Shown here piece after piece: positions 1 to 9,510 of a stretch of 64,000 nt of DNA. The stretch spans positions 31,900 through 95,899 of the forward strand of contig JAZUCK010000003.1 of the NCBI GenBank assembly GCA_045639065.1, given 5' to 3'. How positions within the stretch are numbered: the stretch's first letter is position 1; every line of letters begins with the position of its first letter. Both the position numbers and the translations under genes were made by a program. This stretch comes from Alphaproteobacteria bacterium. Lineage in GTDB: Bacteria; Pseudomonadota; Alphaproteobacteria; RF32; CAG-239. Under the pieces are notes generated by a model. That model had not been told where the DNA came from. It searched no databases and worked only from the letters and a program-made list of their open reading frames with translations.

Positions 1-339
1 TGGGATAGTACATCCTGAGATGGCGTTTTCAAGCCAACTCAAAAAACGATGTACATTTTTTACTTTTACCTTAGCTTTGGCCACATCGCCCACATCTATA
101 TCACGCGAACACTCAATTCCCCATATTACAACTCCGCCTTCGGAGTTTCCGAAACCGGATATTGCTTTTGATAAGTTTTTTCTATCATCTTTATGTAAGG
201 TATTAAAGTTTTTCCCCTCTGATGCTGCTTGTTTAAAGTCGATAAACAGCTCTTCACTTTGACGATTGATAATAAACTCGTCTATGGCATCTTCGCCAAA
301 ATATACTAATTTTTGAAATATGTCTTCTGCTCGTGACAT
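1..339 (-). CDS. AlbA_2 (Schlafen-like) domain protein, 5' part only (runs off the window edge)
   Basis: Not in the ORF track. Manual translation from ATG at 339 (GGAG upstream): MSRAEDIFQKLVYFGEDAIDEFIINRQSEELFIDFKQ...KNLSKAISGFGNSEGGVVIWGIE..., matching the AlbA_2 pattern E-x(3-4)-[ED]FK ... [AG]F[AG]N-x-x-GG-x-x-x-x-G; frame open to base 1. Confidence 0.8.
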   Translation of the reverse strand, partial: MSRAEDIFQKLVYFGEDAIDEFIINRQSEELFIDFKQAASEGKNFNTLHKDDRKNLSKAISGFGNSEGGVVIWGIECSRDIDVGDVAKAKVKVKNVHRFLSWLENAISGCTIP

Positions 340-353
340 TTTAAATCTCCGAT

Positions 354-391
354 AAAAAAATAACGGCATTTTTTTACAATACCGTTATTTT
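354..391 (-). terminator. probable intrinsic terminator after the M16 peptidase
   Basis: Inverted repeat AAAATAACGG(C)ATT...AAT(A)CCGTTATTTT, followed by a T-run on the minus strand. Confidence 0.6.
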
Positions 392-416
392 ATCTCAACA
401 ATCTTTAATTTTTTAT

Positions 417-1676
417 TTATGCGAGCGCTTTTTGAAGCTCATCATACTCCATATAATTTTTTACATCACCTAATAAGGTATATGTCGGCTTGGTCGTAAA
501 TATTTTTCCGGCAACATCTCTTATACTTTCTTTGGTGACGACGTTGATTTTTTCTACTATTTCATCAACACTTAATGTTTTACCGTAAATAAGATTTTGA
601 CGAGCCAAAACCTCGGCTGTTGAAGATGAACTTTCTAAGCCCATTTTAATGCTTGATTTTAGCTGAACCTTAGCTCGTTCAAATTCCTTATCTGTTACCA
701 AATCATTTGATATTTTTTTGATTTCATCGACTAAAACAGGCATCAACACAGGTAACTCCTTAGACTCTGTTCCGGCATATATTCCGAATAAACCGGTTTG
801 CGAATGAGCTGATGTGTAGCTATATACCGAATATACAAGCCCTCTTTTTTCTCTAACCTCTTGGAACAAGCGTGAAGACATCCCGCCGCCTAAGATGGTA
901 GATAATATGGCAATATCATAATATTCTTTGCTTTTGTGAGGAAATGAACCAAAGCCCAAAACCACATGAGTTTGCTCAATTGGTCTGTTTTCCTTAAAAA
1001 AGCCTCCGACATATTTTTGATCTTCAACAACAAAATTCGTTTTTGCTCTAAAATCTGACATACGAGCCTTTACCATATCAACAAATTTTTCATGTTTTAT
1101 ATTTCCGACAGCGCAAATAACCATATTTTCAGCCGCATAGTTTGTTGAAATATATTTTTCCAAACTTTCGCGATTGAATGATTTTACTATTTCTTGAGGT
1201 CCTAAAATAGAACGTCCTAAGGCTTGGTTCGGAAAAGCGGTTTCTTGAAAATAATCAAAAACAATGTCATCCGGAGTGTCTATTGTTTGTTTAATTTCTT
1301 GAATTACAACATCACGCTCTTTGACCAATTCTTCTTCCGGAAATATCGAATTTTTTATTGAATCAGTCAAAACATCTACGGCCAGTTCAGCATCTTCTTT
1401 CATCATTTTGGCATAATACGCCGTAAATTCACGTGATGTATAGGCATTTGAATGTCCGCCGACATCTTCTATTTCTTCAGAAATTTGAAGTGAAGTTCTA
1501 GTAGCTGTTCCCTTAAAGGACATATGTTCCAAAAAATGAGATATGCCGTTGTTTGATTTATTTTCATAAGCGGAACCTGTCTTTACCCATATTCCTAAAG
1601 ATACGGTTTCCAACTGAGGGCGTTCTTGAGTTATGATGCGTAGTCCGTTTGATAATGTAGTTATTTGAGAATTCAT
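417..1676 (-). CDS. M16 family zinc peptidase (mitochondrial processing peptidase-like)
   Basis: HFLEH inverted zinc motif, NAYTSRE, GGGMSSRLFQEVREKRGLVYSV. Confidence 0.95.
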   Translation of the reverse strand: MNSQITTLSNGLRIITQERPQLETVSLGIWVKTGSAYENKSNNGISHFLEHMSFKGTATRTSLQISEEIEDVGGHSNAYTSREFTAYYAKMMKEDAELAVDVLTDSIKNSIFPEEELVKERDVVIQEIKQTIDTPDDIVFDYFQETAFPNQALGRSILGPQEIVKSFNRESLEKYISTNYAAENMVICAVGNIKHEKFVDMVKARMSDFRAKTNFVVEDQKYVGGFFKENRPIEQTHVVLGFGSFPHKSKEYYDIAILSTILGGGMSSRLFQEVREKRGLVYSVYSYTSAHSQTGLFGIYAGTESKELPVLMPVLVDEIKKISNDLVTDKEFERAKVQLKSSIKMGLESSSSTAEVLARQNLIYGKTLSVDEIVEKINVVTKESIRDVAGKIFTTKPTYTLLGDVKNYMEYDELQKALA

Positions 1677-1696
1677 TTCAGTTCCTATTTTTAATG

Positions 1697-2767
1697 TTAC
1701 TTTGACTTTAGCGCCGCCTTAACAGCTCTTTGTGCAGATTTCACTGCTGTTTCCATACAGCAAGGATAGTCTCGCATTGTCCAGTCACCGGCGATAAATA
1801 CATTAGAATATTCCGTATTGGCATTTTTAGGTCGCAACATATTGCCTATTGTATCTTGTTTTATGGTAGCCTTTGGATAATAAGAAATTTTATATTCCGG
1901 CATAAATGCAGAATCAACACCTCTTAGAGCATCTATTTCTTTCCATATTTTTATCGGCAGATCTTCCATTTTGGTATTCGGATTATAATCGGAAATAACT
2001 GCGGTAATTGTGCCATCGTTTACAAAAACAAAATCGGCCATACCTGTTTTTTGCGCAACAAATGATGCACCTTTAGGTAAAAATATTGTCTGTGAAGTAA
2101 AATAAGTTATATTTACGATTTGAGAATATTCAAGAGTATTAACCGAAACGAATTTGGCGCAGTCATGATTATCTAAAGCCAATATAACCTTGTCATTATC
2201 CTTTAGCTCAACCTCATATTCGCCAAAATCCAATACAGTTGCTTTTGAACCTTTGTGTTTGATATTTTTAAGACTTGCTCCCAATCTTATATCATCTGAT
2301 TTTGTAGCCAAAACATTTATAATTTTCTGACTTAAATTTTGCTTAGAAAACCATACTTTACGTTTTGATTTTGTATAGGGGAAAAGCAACTTCAGAATAG
2401 TATTTTTTATTCTTCCCGCAATATTATCAAATGACATATTGCAAAATGCTTTATATAGAATATCTTTATTTTTTAATAACGAAGTACTTATGGTATAATT
2501 ATCGCTATCTACAAAATATTTGGTATATTCCCACTCGTCATTATTAACAAATGAAGACATAAATTTATTGGCTCCGATTATAGCATGAACAGCATTGTCA
2601 AGGCGGCGATTATGCTTTTCATCGTCGTAGGAATAAGCTCGACCACCTAATATTTTCTTCCCTTCATAAACAACTACTTTAACATTCTCATTTTTAAGAA
2701 ACCATGCACAAGCAAGACCGGATATTCCGCCTCCTATAATATGATATGTTGCAATATCTTTTTTCAA
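1697..2767 (-). CDS. hpnE: hydroxysqualene dehydroxylase HpnE-like FAD oxidoreductase
   Basis: GGGISGL Rossmann motif, LGGRAYS, LDNAVH, C-terminal AGDW..YP..ME.AVKS; directly downstream of hpnC-hpnD; TTG start. Confidence 0.8.
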   Translation of the reverse strand: MKKDIATYHIIGGGISGLACAWFLKNENVKVVVYEGKKILGGRAYSYDDEKHNRRLDNAVHAIIGANKFMSSFVNNDEWEYTKYFVDSDNYTISTSLLKNKDILYKAFCNMSFDNIAGRIKNTILKLLFPYTKSKRKVWFSKQNLSQKIINVLATKSDDIRLGASLKNIKHKGSKATVLDFGEYEVELKDNDKVILALDNHDCAKFVSVNTLEYSQIVNITYFTSQTIFLPKGASFVAQKTGMADFVFVNDGTITAVISDYNPNTKMEDLPIKIWKEIDALRGVDSAFMPEYKISYYPKATIKQDTIGNMLRPKNANTEYSNVFIAGDWTMRDYPCCMETAVKSAQRAVKAALKSK

Positions 2768-2770
2768 ATA

Positions 2771-3607
2771 TTATCTCCCTGCATATGCTTTTAGAACTAA
2801 AAACATTTTTATAAATCCATTTATAGCCGGTTTTGGAGAAATTATATCCCAGCCCCTGTTTTGCATAATATCAAAATAGCGTTTGTATATATAAGCCAAT
2901 GCTTTTACGCTTCGAGACATTTTTTTATCTAATTTATTTATCAGCTCAAATGATTTGTCAAAATTTTGCATTGCTAATTTTGCCAATTCTTCTCTGGCGA
3001 CAGAGAGCTTCTTATCAACTACAACCTCTTTAGGATCATTGGTTTCGATACCGGCTTTTTGTAAAAATTCTTTTGGGATGTAAAGTCTGTCAGCAAGAGC
3101 ATCTTCTCTGACATCGCGCAAAATGTTGGTAGCTTGCATGGCGACACCAAGAGATGTAGATAAATCTTTTATAAATTCCTCATCTTTGCAGCCCAATATT
3201 CGCAATGTCATACTTCCTGGCGCACAAGCAACACCTTGACAATATCTGTAAAACTCATCTAGTTTTGGTGCTTGTATAGGATTTGGTATATCCATTGATA
3301 TACTGCTTATCAATGAAGTTAAATCAGACTTTGGAATGTTAAAGCGCATACAATTTTTATATATACTACGACCTATGCAAGAAGCAGGAACTTTTTTATC
3401 ATAGATATTGTCTATCTCCTTACGCCAAGCATTTATAAGTTCTATCTTATGAGATAAAGCCTCATTTCCATCTACAATATCATCTATATGGCGACAAAAT
3501 GCATACAAAGTATACATTGCTTTTCGTTCTTTTCCGGGGAGCATATGCATTCCCCAAAAAAACGATGAGCCGGATTTTTTGACAATCTTTTTTATTGTTT
3601 TATTCAT
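2771..3607 (-). CDS. hpnD: presqualene diphosphate synthase HpnD
   Basis: SGSSFFWGM, YAFCRHIDDIVD, TNILRDVREDA..RLYIP squalene/phytoene synthase motifs. Confidence 0.9.
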   Translation of the reverse strand: MNKTIKKIVKKSGSSFFWGMHMLPGKERKAMYTLYAFCRHIDDIVDGNEALSHKIELINAWRKEIDNIYDKKVPASCIGRSIYKNCMRFNIPKSDLTSLISSISMDIPNPIQAPKLDEFYRYCQGVACAPGSMTLRILGCKDEEFIKDLSTSLGVAMQATNILRDVREDALADRLYIPKEFLQKAGIETNDPKEVVVDKKLSVAREELAKLAMQNFDKSFELINKLDKKMSRSVKALAYIYKRYFDIMQNRGWDIISPKPAINGFIKMFLVLKAYAGR

Positions 3608-4449
3608 AAAACACGTCCTTGATGAACCTTTTTACAAAATATTGCACCAAAGAATCCCGAAACAACTGCTTTTATCCAATTCATAAGAGACGGTCTTGGT
3701 GATTTTTGTAAAATATCAACCTTTTTATATCTTTTTATCATAGAATTGGTTAAAGAAAGAATAACGCCGACTTCAACTCTTAGTCCGAAACTTTTTATCA
3801 ATCTTGGCAAGATTTTGGCATCATCTTGCATTTTTTCCAGTCTTTTTACAATATCATTTAACATTGCTTTGACCTCGGGTTTAGTATAATTTAAGCCCAA
3901 ATCGCTATTTCTGACATTGTATTCTTTCATAATTTCCGACGGAATATAGATGCGCTTAAGCAAGCTCAAATCTTCTTTTATATCGCTTAAGTGGTCTATT
4001 ATTTGCAGCAAGACACATAAATTTTCTGCGGGCAAGTAAGTTGAAACATTTTCATTTGATATGGCTAACATAAAGCGCCCTACCGGAGCTGCTGAATAGC
4101 GGCAATAATTTATCAATTCTTCCCAAACTTGAATTTTTTCTTCTGATGCATCTTTTTCAAATGCCTTTAGTAAGTCGGTATATAAGGACGCATCGAGATT
4201 TTCTCTGACAAACATTTTTCCGAGATTTCTTATCAATGGAAGATTATTACCGTTTTCCGGAGTTAAGAAAGCTTTGGTTATATCGTCGAGTTTAGATAAT
4301 TTTTGGCTTTTTTCCAATACATTAGAATCGGCTATATTATCAGCAAATCTGGCAGCATGATAATAAACCTCGACAAGATGTTTCAATTTTGAAGAAACCA
4401 TCATGCCTACAGGAAAATTTTCGTTGTGGTAAGTTATTTCATCACTCAT
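3604..4449 (-). CDS. hpnC: hydroxysqualene synthase HpnC
   Basis: ENFPV N-terminal motif, ARFADNIAD, YCRYSAAPVGR; 4-nt overlap with hpnD. Confidence 0.9.
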   Translation of the reverse strand: MSDEITYHNENFPVGMMVSSKLKHLVEVYYHAARFADNIADSNVLEKSQKLSKLDDITKAFLTPENGNNLPLIRNLGKMFVRENLDASLYTDLLKAFEKDASEEKIQVWEELINYCRYSAAPVGRFMLAISNENVSTYLPAENLCVLLQIIDHLSDIKEDLSLLKRIYIPSEIMKEYNVRNSDLGLNYTKPEVKAMLNDIVKRLEKMQDDAKILPRLIKSFGLRVEVGVILSLTNSMIKRYKKVDILQKSPRPSLMNWIKAVVSGFFGAIFCKKVHQGRVL

Positions 4450-4453
4450 TATT

Positions 4454-5812
4454 TTATGTCCTTACTTTTTCAACCCATGATTTTATGTCATCTAAAGCTC
4501 TTTTGCAATATAAAATCTTTCTATCCATTCCCTTTATTTTTCTAAACTTTCCGTTAGGTGTAATTTCGCCTGATATTAACGGGAACAAACCGAAATTGAC
4601 ATTCATCGGCTGATAGTCATCAATATTCGTATCATCGCGCAGATGTTTATAAACAGAGCCGATAGCTGTTGTTTCGGGCGGATATACAACATCTTGTGAT
4701 AACATTTCGCAAGCCTTGAAATATCCTACTAACAAACCGGTTGATGCACTTTCAACATATCCTTCACAACCGGTAATTTGACCGGCAAAACTTATATTTG
4801 GTTTTGTTTTCAATCGCAATTTATCATCAAGAAGTATCGGCGACTTGATAAACGTATTTTTGTGTATTCCGCCAAGTCTTGCAAATACGGCATTTTCGAG
4901 TCCGGGGATTTTTCTAAATATTCGCTCTTGTTCGCCATATTTCATTTTAGTCTGAAATCCGACCATGTTACGCAAAGTGTCTTCCTTGTTATCCTGACGC
5001 AACTGAACCACTGCATAAGGCTGTTCTTCAGGAGTGTTCGGGTTGGTCAAACCGACAGGCTTCATCGGCCCGAAAAGAAGTGTATCTTTGCCCCTTTCGG
5101 CCATAACTTCAATAGGCAAACAACCATCAAAATAAGAAGCTTTTTCGAAATCATGAAATTCTACTTTATCAGCTTTTATCAATTCATCGACAAACTCATA
5201 ATATTGGTCCTTATTCATTGGGCAATTTATATAGTCGAGCTTATCGCCTTTGTCATAACGAGATTGAAACCAAGCCTTTGAAAAATCTATACTGTCTTTA
5301 TAAACTACCGGAGCTATGGCATCAAAAAAGTTTAGTCCCTCGCCTTTTATCTCTTTCATGATTGAATTTATTAAATCCGGTGAGGTTAACGGACCTGAGG
5401 CAATTATGGTATGTTCAAAATCTGAAGGAAGCTCACAAACTTCTTCGTTGATAAAGGTTATGTTGGAATGAGAATGAAGCTTTTTATCTACATATTCGGA
5501 AAACCCTTCTCTATCAACGGCTAACGCACCGCCTGCAGGAACTTTGGTTGCATCGGCAGCTTCCATTATCAATGACCCGAGCAGACGCATCTCTTGATGT
5601 AGCAATCCTATTGCGCTATTTGTATAATCATCACTTCGCAAAGAATTAGAGCAAACCAATTCAGCTGATTTACTTGTTTTATGTGCCGGTGTTAATTTTG
5701 TAGGGCGCATTTCGTGTATTATTACTTTGATACCACGATTGGCTAATTGCCAAGCTGCCTCCGAGCCGGCTAAACCTGCACCGATTATATGTACTTCATC
5801 ATTTTTTGTCAT
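4454..5812 (-). CDS. trmFO: folate/FAD-dependent tRNA (uracil-54) methyltransferase TrmFO
   Basis: IGAGLAGSEAAWQ, ELVCSNS, FFDAIAP, GPMKPVGL, AGQITGCEGYVES. Confidence 0.97.
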   Translation of the reverse strand: MTKNDEVHIIGAGLAGSEAAWQLANRGIKVIIHEMRPTKLTPAHKTSKSAELVCSNSLRSDDYTNSAIGLLHQEMRLLGSLIMEAADATKVPAGGALAVDREGFSEYVDKKLHSHSNITFINEEVCELPSDFEHTIIASGPLTSPDLINSIMKEIKGEGLNFFDAIAPVVYKDSIDFSKAWFQSRYDKGDKLDYINCPMNKDQYYEFVDELIKADKVEFHDFEKASYFDGCLPIEVMAERGKDTLLFGPMKPVGLTNPNTPEEQPYAVVQLRQDNKEDTLRNMVGFQTKMKYGEQERIFRKIPGLENAVFARLGGIHKNTFIKSPILLDDKLRLKTKPNISFAGQITGCEGYVESASTGLLVGYFKACEMLSQDVVYPPETTAIGSVYKHLRDDTNIDDYQPMNVNFGLFPLISGEITPNGKFRKIKGMDRKILYCKRALDDIKSWVEKVRT

Positions 5813-5947
5813 AATATTGCTTTTATAATGCTATTTAAGCAAAAAGTAAATAAAAACTTCCGTTTAATAAGTTGCGTATAGTGTTTGCCAAGCAAAATAA
5901 TTGAATCTATAATATCGCTGATATTTAAGAGAGGAAGAATATATCTG

Positions 5948-7123
5948 ATGGCTAAACGTTATTGCCTTTTGTGCCTTATGGTAAACATCTTGTGTTTTTG
6001 CCCGTTTGCATTTGCAAGCGAAGATACTCCTTCGCCTTTTCCGGACAATATGCTTATTTCCGATTTACCAGACTTGCCCGAATTACCCGCAGACGACAAA
6101 GATACAAATATTGTTACGAATCAAACACCAATTTTGGATATAACTAAAGAAACAGCCGAAGTTGATAACGTTCAAAAGGAAGGCAAATCTCAGTCTCAAG
6201 ATGAAATTATTCCTTTGGTCATTGATGATAATACTTCGAATAAAAACGTTGATATTGTTCCAAGCTCAAAAACAGAATCGATTGAGCCGGCTCCCATATT
6301 TTTACCAAAGTCAAATAATAGTCAATCACAAGTAAACGCCTCAAAAACTCAAGGCAGTTTGACTGATACCCTAAAAGGCGATACAAAACCAAATATTATT
6401 GAAGGTACTTGGATTGAAAAATTGGCTTCGGTGAACCCGTTGTCTGCTTTTAACTCGGATAAAAAAGAAGATGAACTGGTTGAGATGGTTAAAAAATCAA
6501 GAGGAAAGAACAAAGATGGCCGATCTAATGCAGCTGTTTTTGATATTTCCGGAATAATGCTTAGAATGGGCTTAAATCAAGTCGAAAACACCATGAAAAA
6601 TCGCGGTTTTCAAAAAATCAACGCTAAATTTACAATACCTAACTTTATAAAATGGCGAAATGAAGAAACTTGTAGTTCTCAAGGTATTGTCGGTTTCGAA
6701 CGATTACAGTCTTGTATTGCTTCTTTGGCAAAAAAAGACGGACATGAATATGTCTATTATCTTAAATACGCAAAATTTGATTCAAAAGAAGAGATTGAAG
6801 TATTTCTGACAAGTAATTTTACCGATAACAAAGTTCACAAAATTATGTATAGATCAAAAATCCCCGATGTTGCAGGAAATTCGCCAAAGGCAACTTATAT
6901 TCGTAACATAAAAATTTATGACTTTTGGAAAAAAATTAACCAAAAATATGGCAATCCGGACGACAAAGATAGTGTTATTTGGGGATTGGGCGGAAATAAA
7001 CCTTTCTTAAAGGCTGCAACTGGCTATTTGTTGCTTGAAGACCCAATGTTTGTAGAAATGGATTATACAAGAATGTCTCGCGAAGATCAGCGATATGTTC
7101 ACAGTGACTATTATAATTTTTAA
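5948..7123 (+). CDS. exported hypothetical protein (signal peptide, Pro/Asp/Ser-rich linker, globular C-terminal domain)
   Basis: ATG at 5948 preceded by GAGGAAG; MAKRYCLLCLMVNILCFCPFAFA signal peptide; no recognised family; first gene of the run leading into chpT. Confidence 0.7.
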   Translation: MAKRYCLLCLMVNILCFCPFAFASEDTPSPFPDNMLISDLPDLPELPADDKDTNIVTNQTPILDITKETAEVDNVQKEGKSQSQDEIIPLVIDDNTSNKNVDIVPSSKTESIEPAPIFLPKSNNSQSQVNASKTQGSLTDTLKGDTKPNIIEGTWIEKLASVNPLSAFNSDKKEDELVEMVKKSRGKNKDGRSNAAVFDISGIMLRMGLNQVENTMKNRGFQKINAKFTIPNFIKWRNEETCSSQGIVGFERLQSCIASLAKKDGHEYVYYLKYAKFDSKEEIEVFLTSNFTDNKVHKIMYRSKIPDVAGNSPKATYIRNIKIYDFWKKINQKYGNPDDKDSVIWGLGGNKPFLKAATGYLLLEDPMFVEMDYTRMSREDQRYVHSDYYNF

Positions 7124-7140
7124 TTTTGAAAGACAGTAAA

Positions 7141-7740
7141 ATGAGTAACAGTCTTATATGTGAATTAATTTGCACACGTTTGAGCCACGATATTGTCGGA
7201 AATATCGGTGCAGTTTCTAATGCGGTAGAGCTTTTGGAAGAAGGCGATATGGATTTTATTGACGATATAAAATCTATTTTGAGCGTCAGTTCTAAGACTT
7301 TATCTTCAAGACTAAAGTTTTTCAGAATGGCCTTTGGTCTTAACAATTCTAATCTAGAAAACAAAGAAACCGTTATTAAAACAGCTCAAGAGTATCTGCT
7401 TACCCTAGGTAATAAAGATTTTCCAATCAGCTTATCTTTTGATGTTGAAAGAACTGGTAATATTAAAAATGCTTTACTTATGGTTATGATTATGGGCGAT
7501 GTATTAATTCGAGGCGGAAATATTTATGTTGAAGAAAGAGGTAATACCCTTATTTCAAAAATTGATGCAAATGCAAAAATATCAACCGATAAGCTTGAAA
7601 AAATAAATCTGTCATTAACCAATAATTATCAAACCACTGATGCCGGATTGGCTCATATTGCGGCCTTATGTGAATACAATAAAGATAAAAAAGTTAAAAT
7701 ATCACAAGATAATTCTTATATTACATTGAGCTTGGAGTAA
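7141..7740 (+). CDS. chpT: histidine phosphotransferase ChpT
   Basis: ELICTRLSHDIVGNIGAVSNAVELLEE H-box and RLKFFRMAFG, both typical of ChpT. Confidence 0.9.
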   Translation: MSNSLICELICTRLSHDIVGNIGAVSNAVELLEEGDMDFIDDIKSILSVSSKTLSSRLKFFRMAFGLNNSNLENKETVIKTAQEYLLTLGNKDFPISLSFDVERTGNIKNALLMVMIMGDVLIRGGNIYVEERGNTLISKIDANAKISTDKLEKINLSLTNNYQTTDAGLAHIAALCEYNKDKKVKISQDNSYITLSLE

Positions 7741-7748
7741 TAAATCAA

Positions 7749-8132
7749 ATGGCAAATTGTATTATTGCAGATGATTCAAAAATTATGCGTATGTTACTAT
7801 CTAAAATTATGAGTAATTTTGGATATAATGTATTTGAGGCCGAAGATGGAGAAGACTTGCTTGAAGAGTGTACAAGAAATTCTCCTGATCTTATTATTTG
7901 CGATTGGCAATTACCATTGATTGATGGTGTGGATGTTTTACTTAAAATTCGTTCTGATAAAAAAATTAAACAACCTATTTTTATTTTTTGTTCGTATATA
8001 AAAGATGTTGATATTATTTCTCAAGCTCTAGACGCCGGTGCCGATGACTTTATTATGCGCCCGTTTGATGAAGATATTATTGCTTCAAAACTGAAGATAT
8101 TAAAAGTATTGAGGAGCTCAAAAAATGCGTAA
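7749..8132 (+). CDS. cheY: CheY-like single-domain response regulator
   Basis: DDS acidic pocket, phospho-Asp in DW, IFCS, GADDFIMRPFD; resembles the CheY of alphaproteobacterial F5 chemotaxis operons. Confidence 0.8.
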   Translation: MANCIIADDSKIMRMLLSKIMSNFGYNVFEAEDGEDLLEECTRNSPDLIICDWQLPLIDGVDVLLKIRSDKKIKQPIFIFCSYIKDVDIISQALDAGADDFIMRPFDEDIIASKLKILKVLRSSKNA

Positions 8133-9021
8133 AAGTGATTTTTGGACATTGTTAAACTTGCTTAAAGAAAATGCAGGTTGGGAATTTAATGAAACTCAAT
8201 ATTTTATTATTGATAAAAAAATAAATAATTTTATTAGAGAAAAAAATTATAACTCTGTAGAAGATCTGATGGATGATTTACAAAACGGTAATAAAACTCT
8301 AATCTCTCAGATTGTTGAAGCTTTGGCTTTCTCTGACACTTCATTCTTTAGAAATTATGATGTTTTTTATCAATTTGAAAATACAATACTTCCTAAGCTA
8401 AAGGAAAAATGTCGCGCCTCAAAAAAACTTAATATATGGAGTTTAGGCTGTTCGACTGGTCAAGAAGCCTATTCTATTGCAATGACCATTGATAATAACA
8501 GTAAAATGTTTTCTGATTGGAATGTTAATATATTGGCCACTGATTTATCATCGTTAGCCATAAGTAAAGCTCAGCATGGTACATATTCCAATTTTGAAAT
8601 ACAAACAGGGCTTAATGCTAAAACAATTTTAAAATATTTTACCCCTTCTAATGAAGAATGGATTATTTCAGATAAAATAAAAAAGATGGTTGAATTCAGA
8701 AAATACAATCTTCTTGATGAGGCTATTGTTAAATCTAAGTTTGAGGTTGTATTCTGCCGAAATGTATTGCGTTATTTTACTCCGGAACTGCAAGATGTAT
8801 TGCTTAAGCGCATCAGCGAAAAACAACCTCAAGGTGGATATCTATATATGGGAAAAGGTGAGAATATTTTGCCAATAGAAAAATATTATCAAAAAATCGA
8901 TAATAACGGAACATATATGGCAATCGGAAATATTAAGGCCGATACGTCGACAGGCAATTTGTCAATCAGTTCTTCTGATGATGATGCCTTGCCAAGTTTT
9001 GTTAAACCAAGGGGCTTATAA
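8125..9021 (+). CDS. cheR: chemotaxis methyltransferase CheR
   Basis: TSFFRN, IWSLGCSTGQEAYSIAM, ILATDLS, FCRNVLRYF. Confidence 0.93.
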   Translation: MRKSDFWTLLNLLKENAGWEFNETQYFIIDKKINNFIREKNYNSVEDLMDDLQNGNKTLISQIVEALAFSDTSFFRNYDVFYQFENTILPKLKEKCRASKKLNIWSLGCSTGQEAYSIAMTIDNNSKMFSDWNVNILATDLSSLAISKAQHGTYSNFEIQTGLNAKTILKYFTPSNEEWIISDKIKKMVEFRKYNLLDEAIVKSKFEVVFCRNVLRYFTPELQDVLLKRISEKQPQGGYLYMGKGENILPIEKYYQKIDNNGTYMAIGNIKADTSTGNLSISSSDDDALPSFVKPRGL

Positions 9022-9510
9022 GAAACAAGTTAACTTAGCTGTTATTTCTTCTATTTTATCTAAAACGTTTTCGCTACGATTGTTAAAATCAAGTTTTATT
9101 CCAGGGGATAAGTACCCCTTATTGTCTTTTTTATTATAATAACAATATGGAGTTGAAAACCAATTTATATACTTCAAACTGTCGTCAATATGAATATTTA
9201 TTTGGCTTCGGCGACAAAATTCGGCCTTTGCCATATTCCATAGATTATCAGGTATAATAAGCTTTCCATTATCTGTTTGAACAATTTTATTCATAGCTTG
9301 ATAATAATCAGATATTGCAAAGCACATATCATAAGGTATGTCGTTTTGTTGTAGGTTGTAATCTACTTTGACTTTAGGACCTCCGGTAACAATATATATG
9401 AGGTGACCTCGCTGTTTTGCTTTATTGCAGAAGTCAGCAAAGTATTTTTTATTGATGTCGATTACACCATGATAGTCCAAGCCTATTTTAAGCTTATGAC
9501 TATTTTTCAT
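9016..9510 (-). CDS. HAD-superfamily-like hypothetical protein
   Basis: KIGLDYHGVI (motif I variant), IVTG (II), K (III), IHIDD (IV); ATG at 9510 preceded by GGAGATAAGG. Confidence 0.65.
   Translation of the reverse strand: MKNSHKLKIGLDYHGVIDINKKYFADFCNKAKQRGHLIYIVTGGPKVKVDYNLQQNDIPYDMCFAISDYYQAMNKIVQTDNGKLIIPDNLWNMAKAEFCRRSQINIHIDDSLKYINWFSTPYCYYNKKDNKGYLSPGIKLDFNNRSENVLDKIEEITAKLTCFL

Noticed and set aside
20-262. 80-aa plus-strand ORF
   Set aside because: Antisense shadow of the AlbA_2 gene on the minus strand
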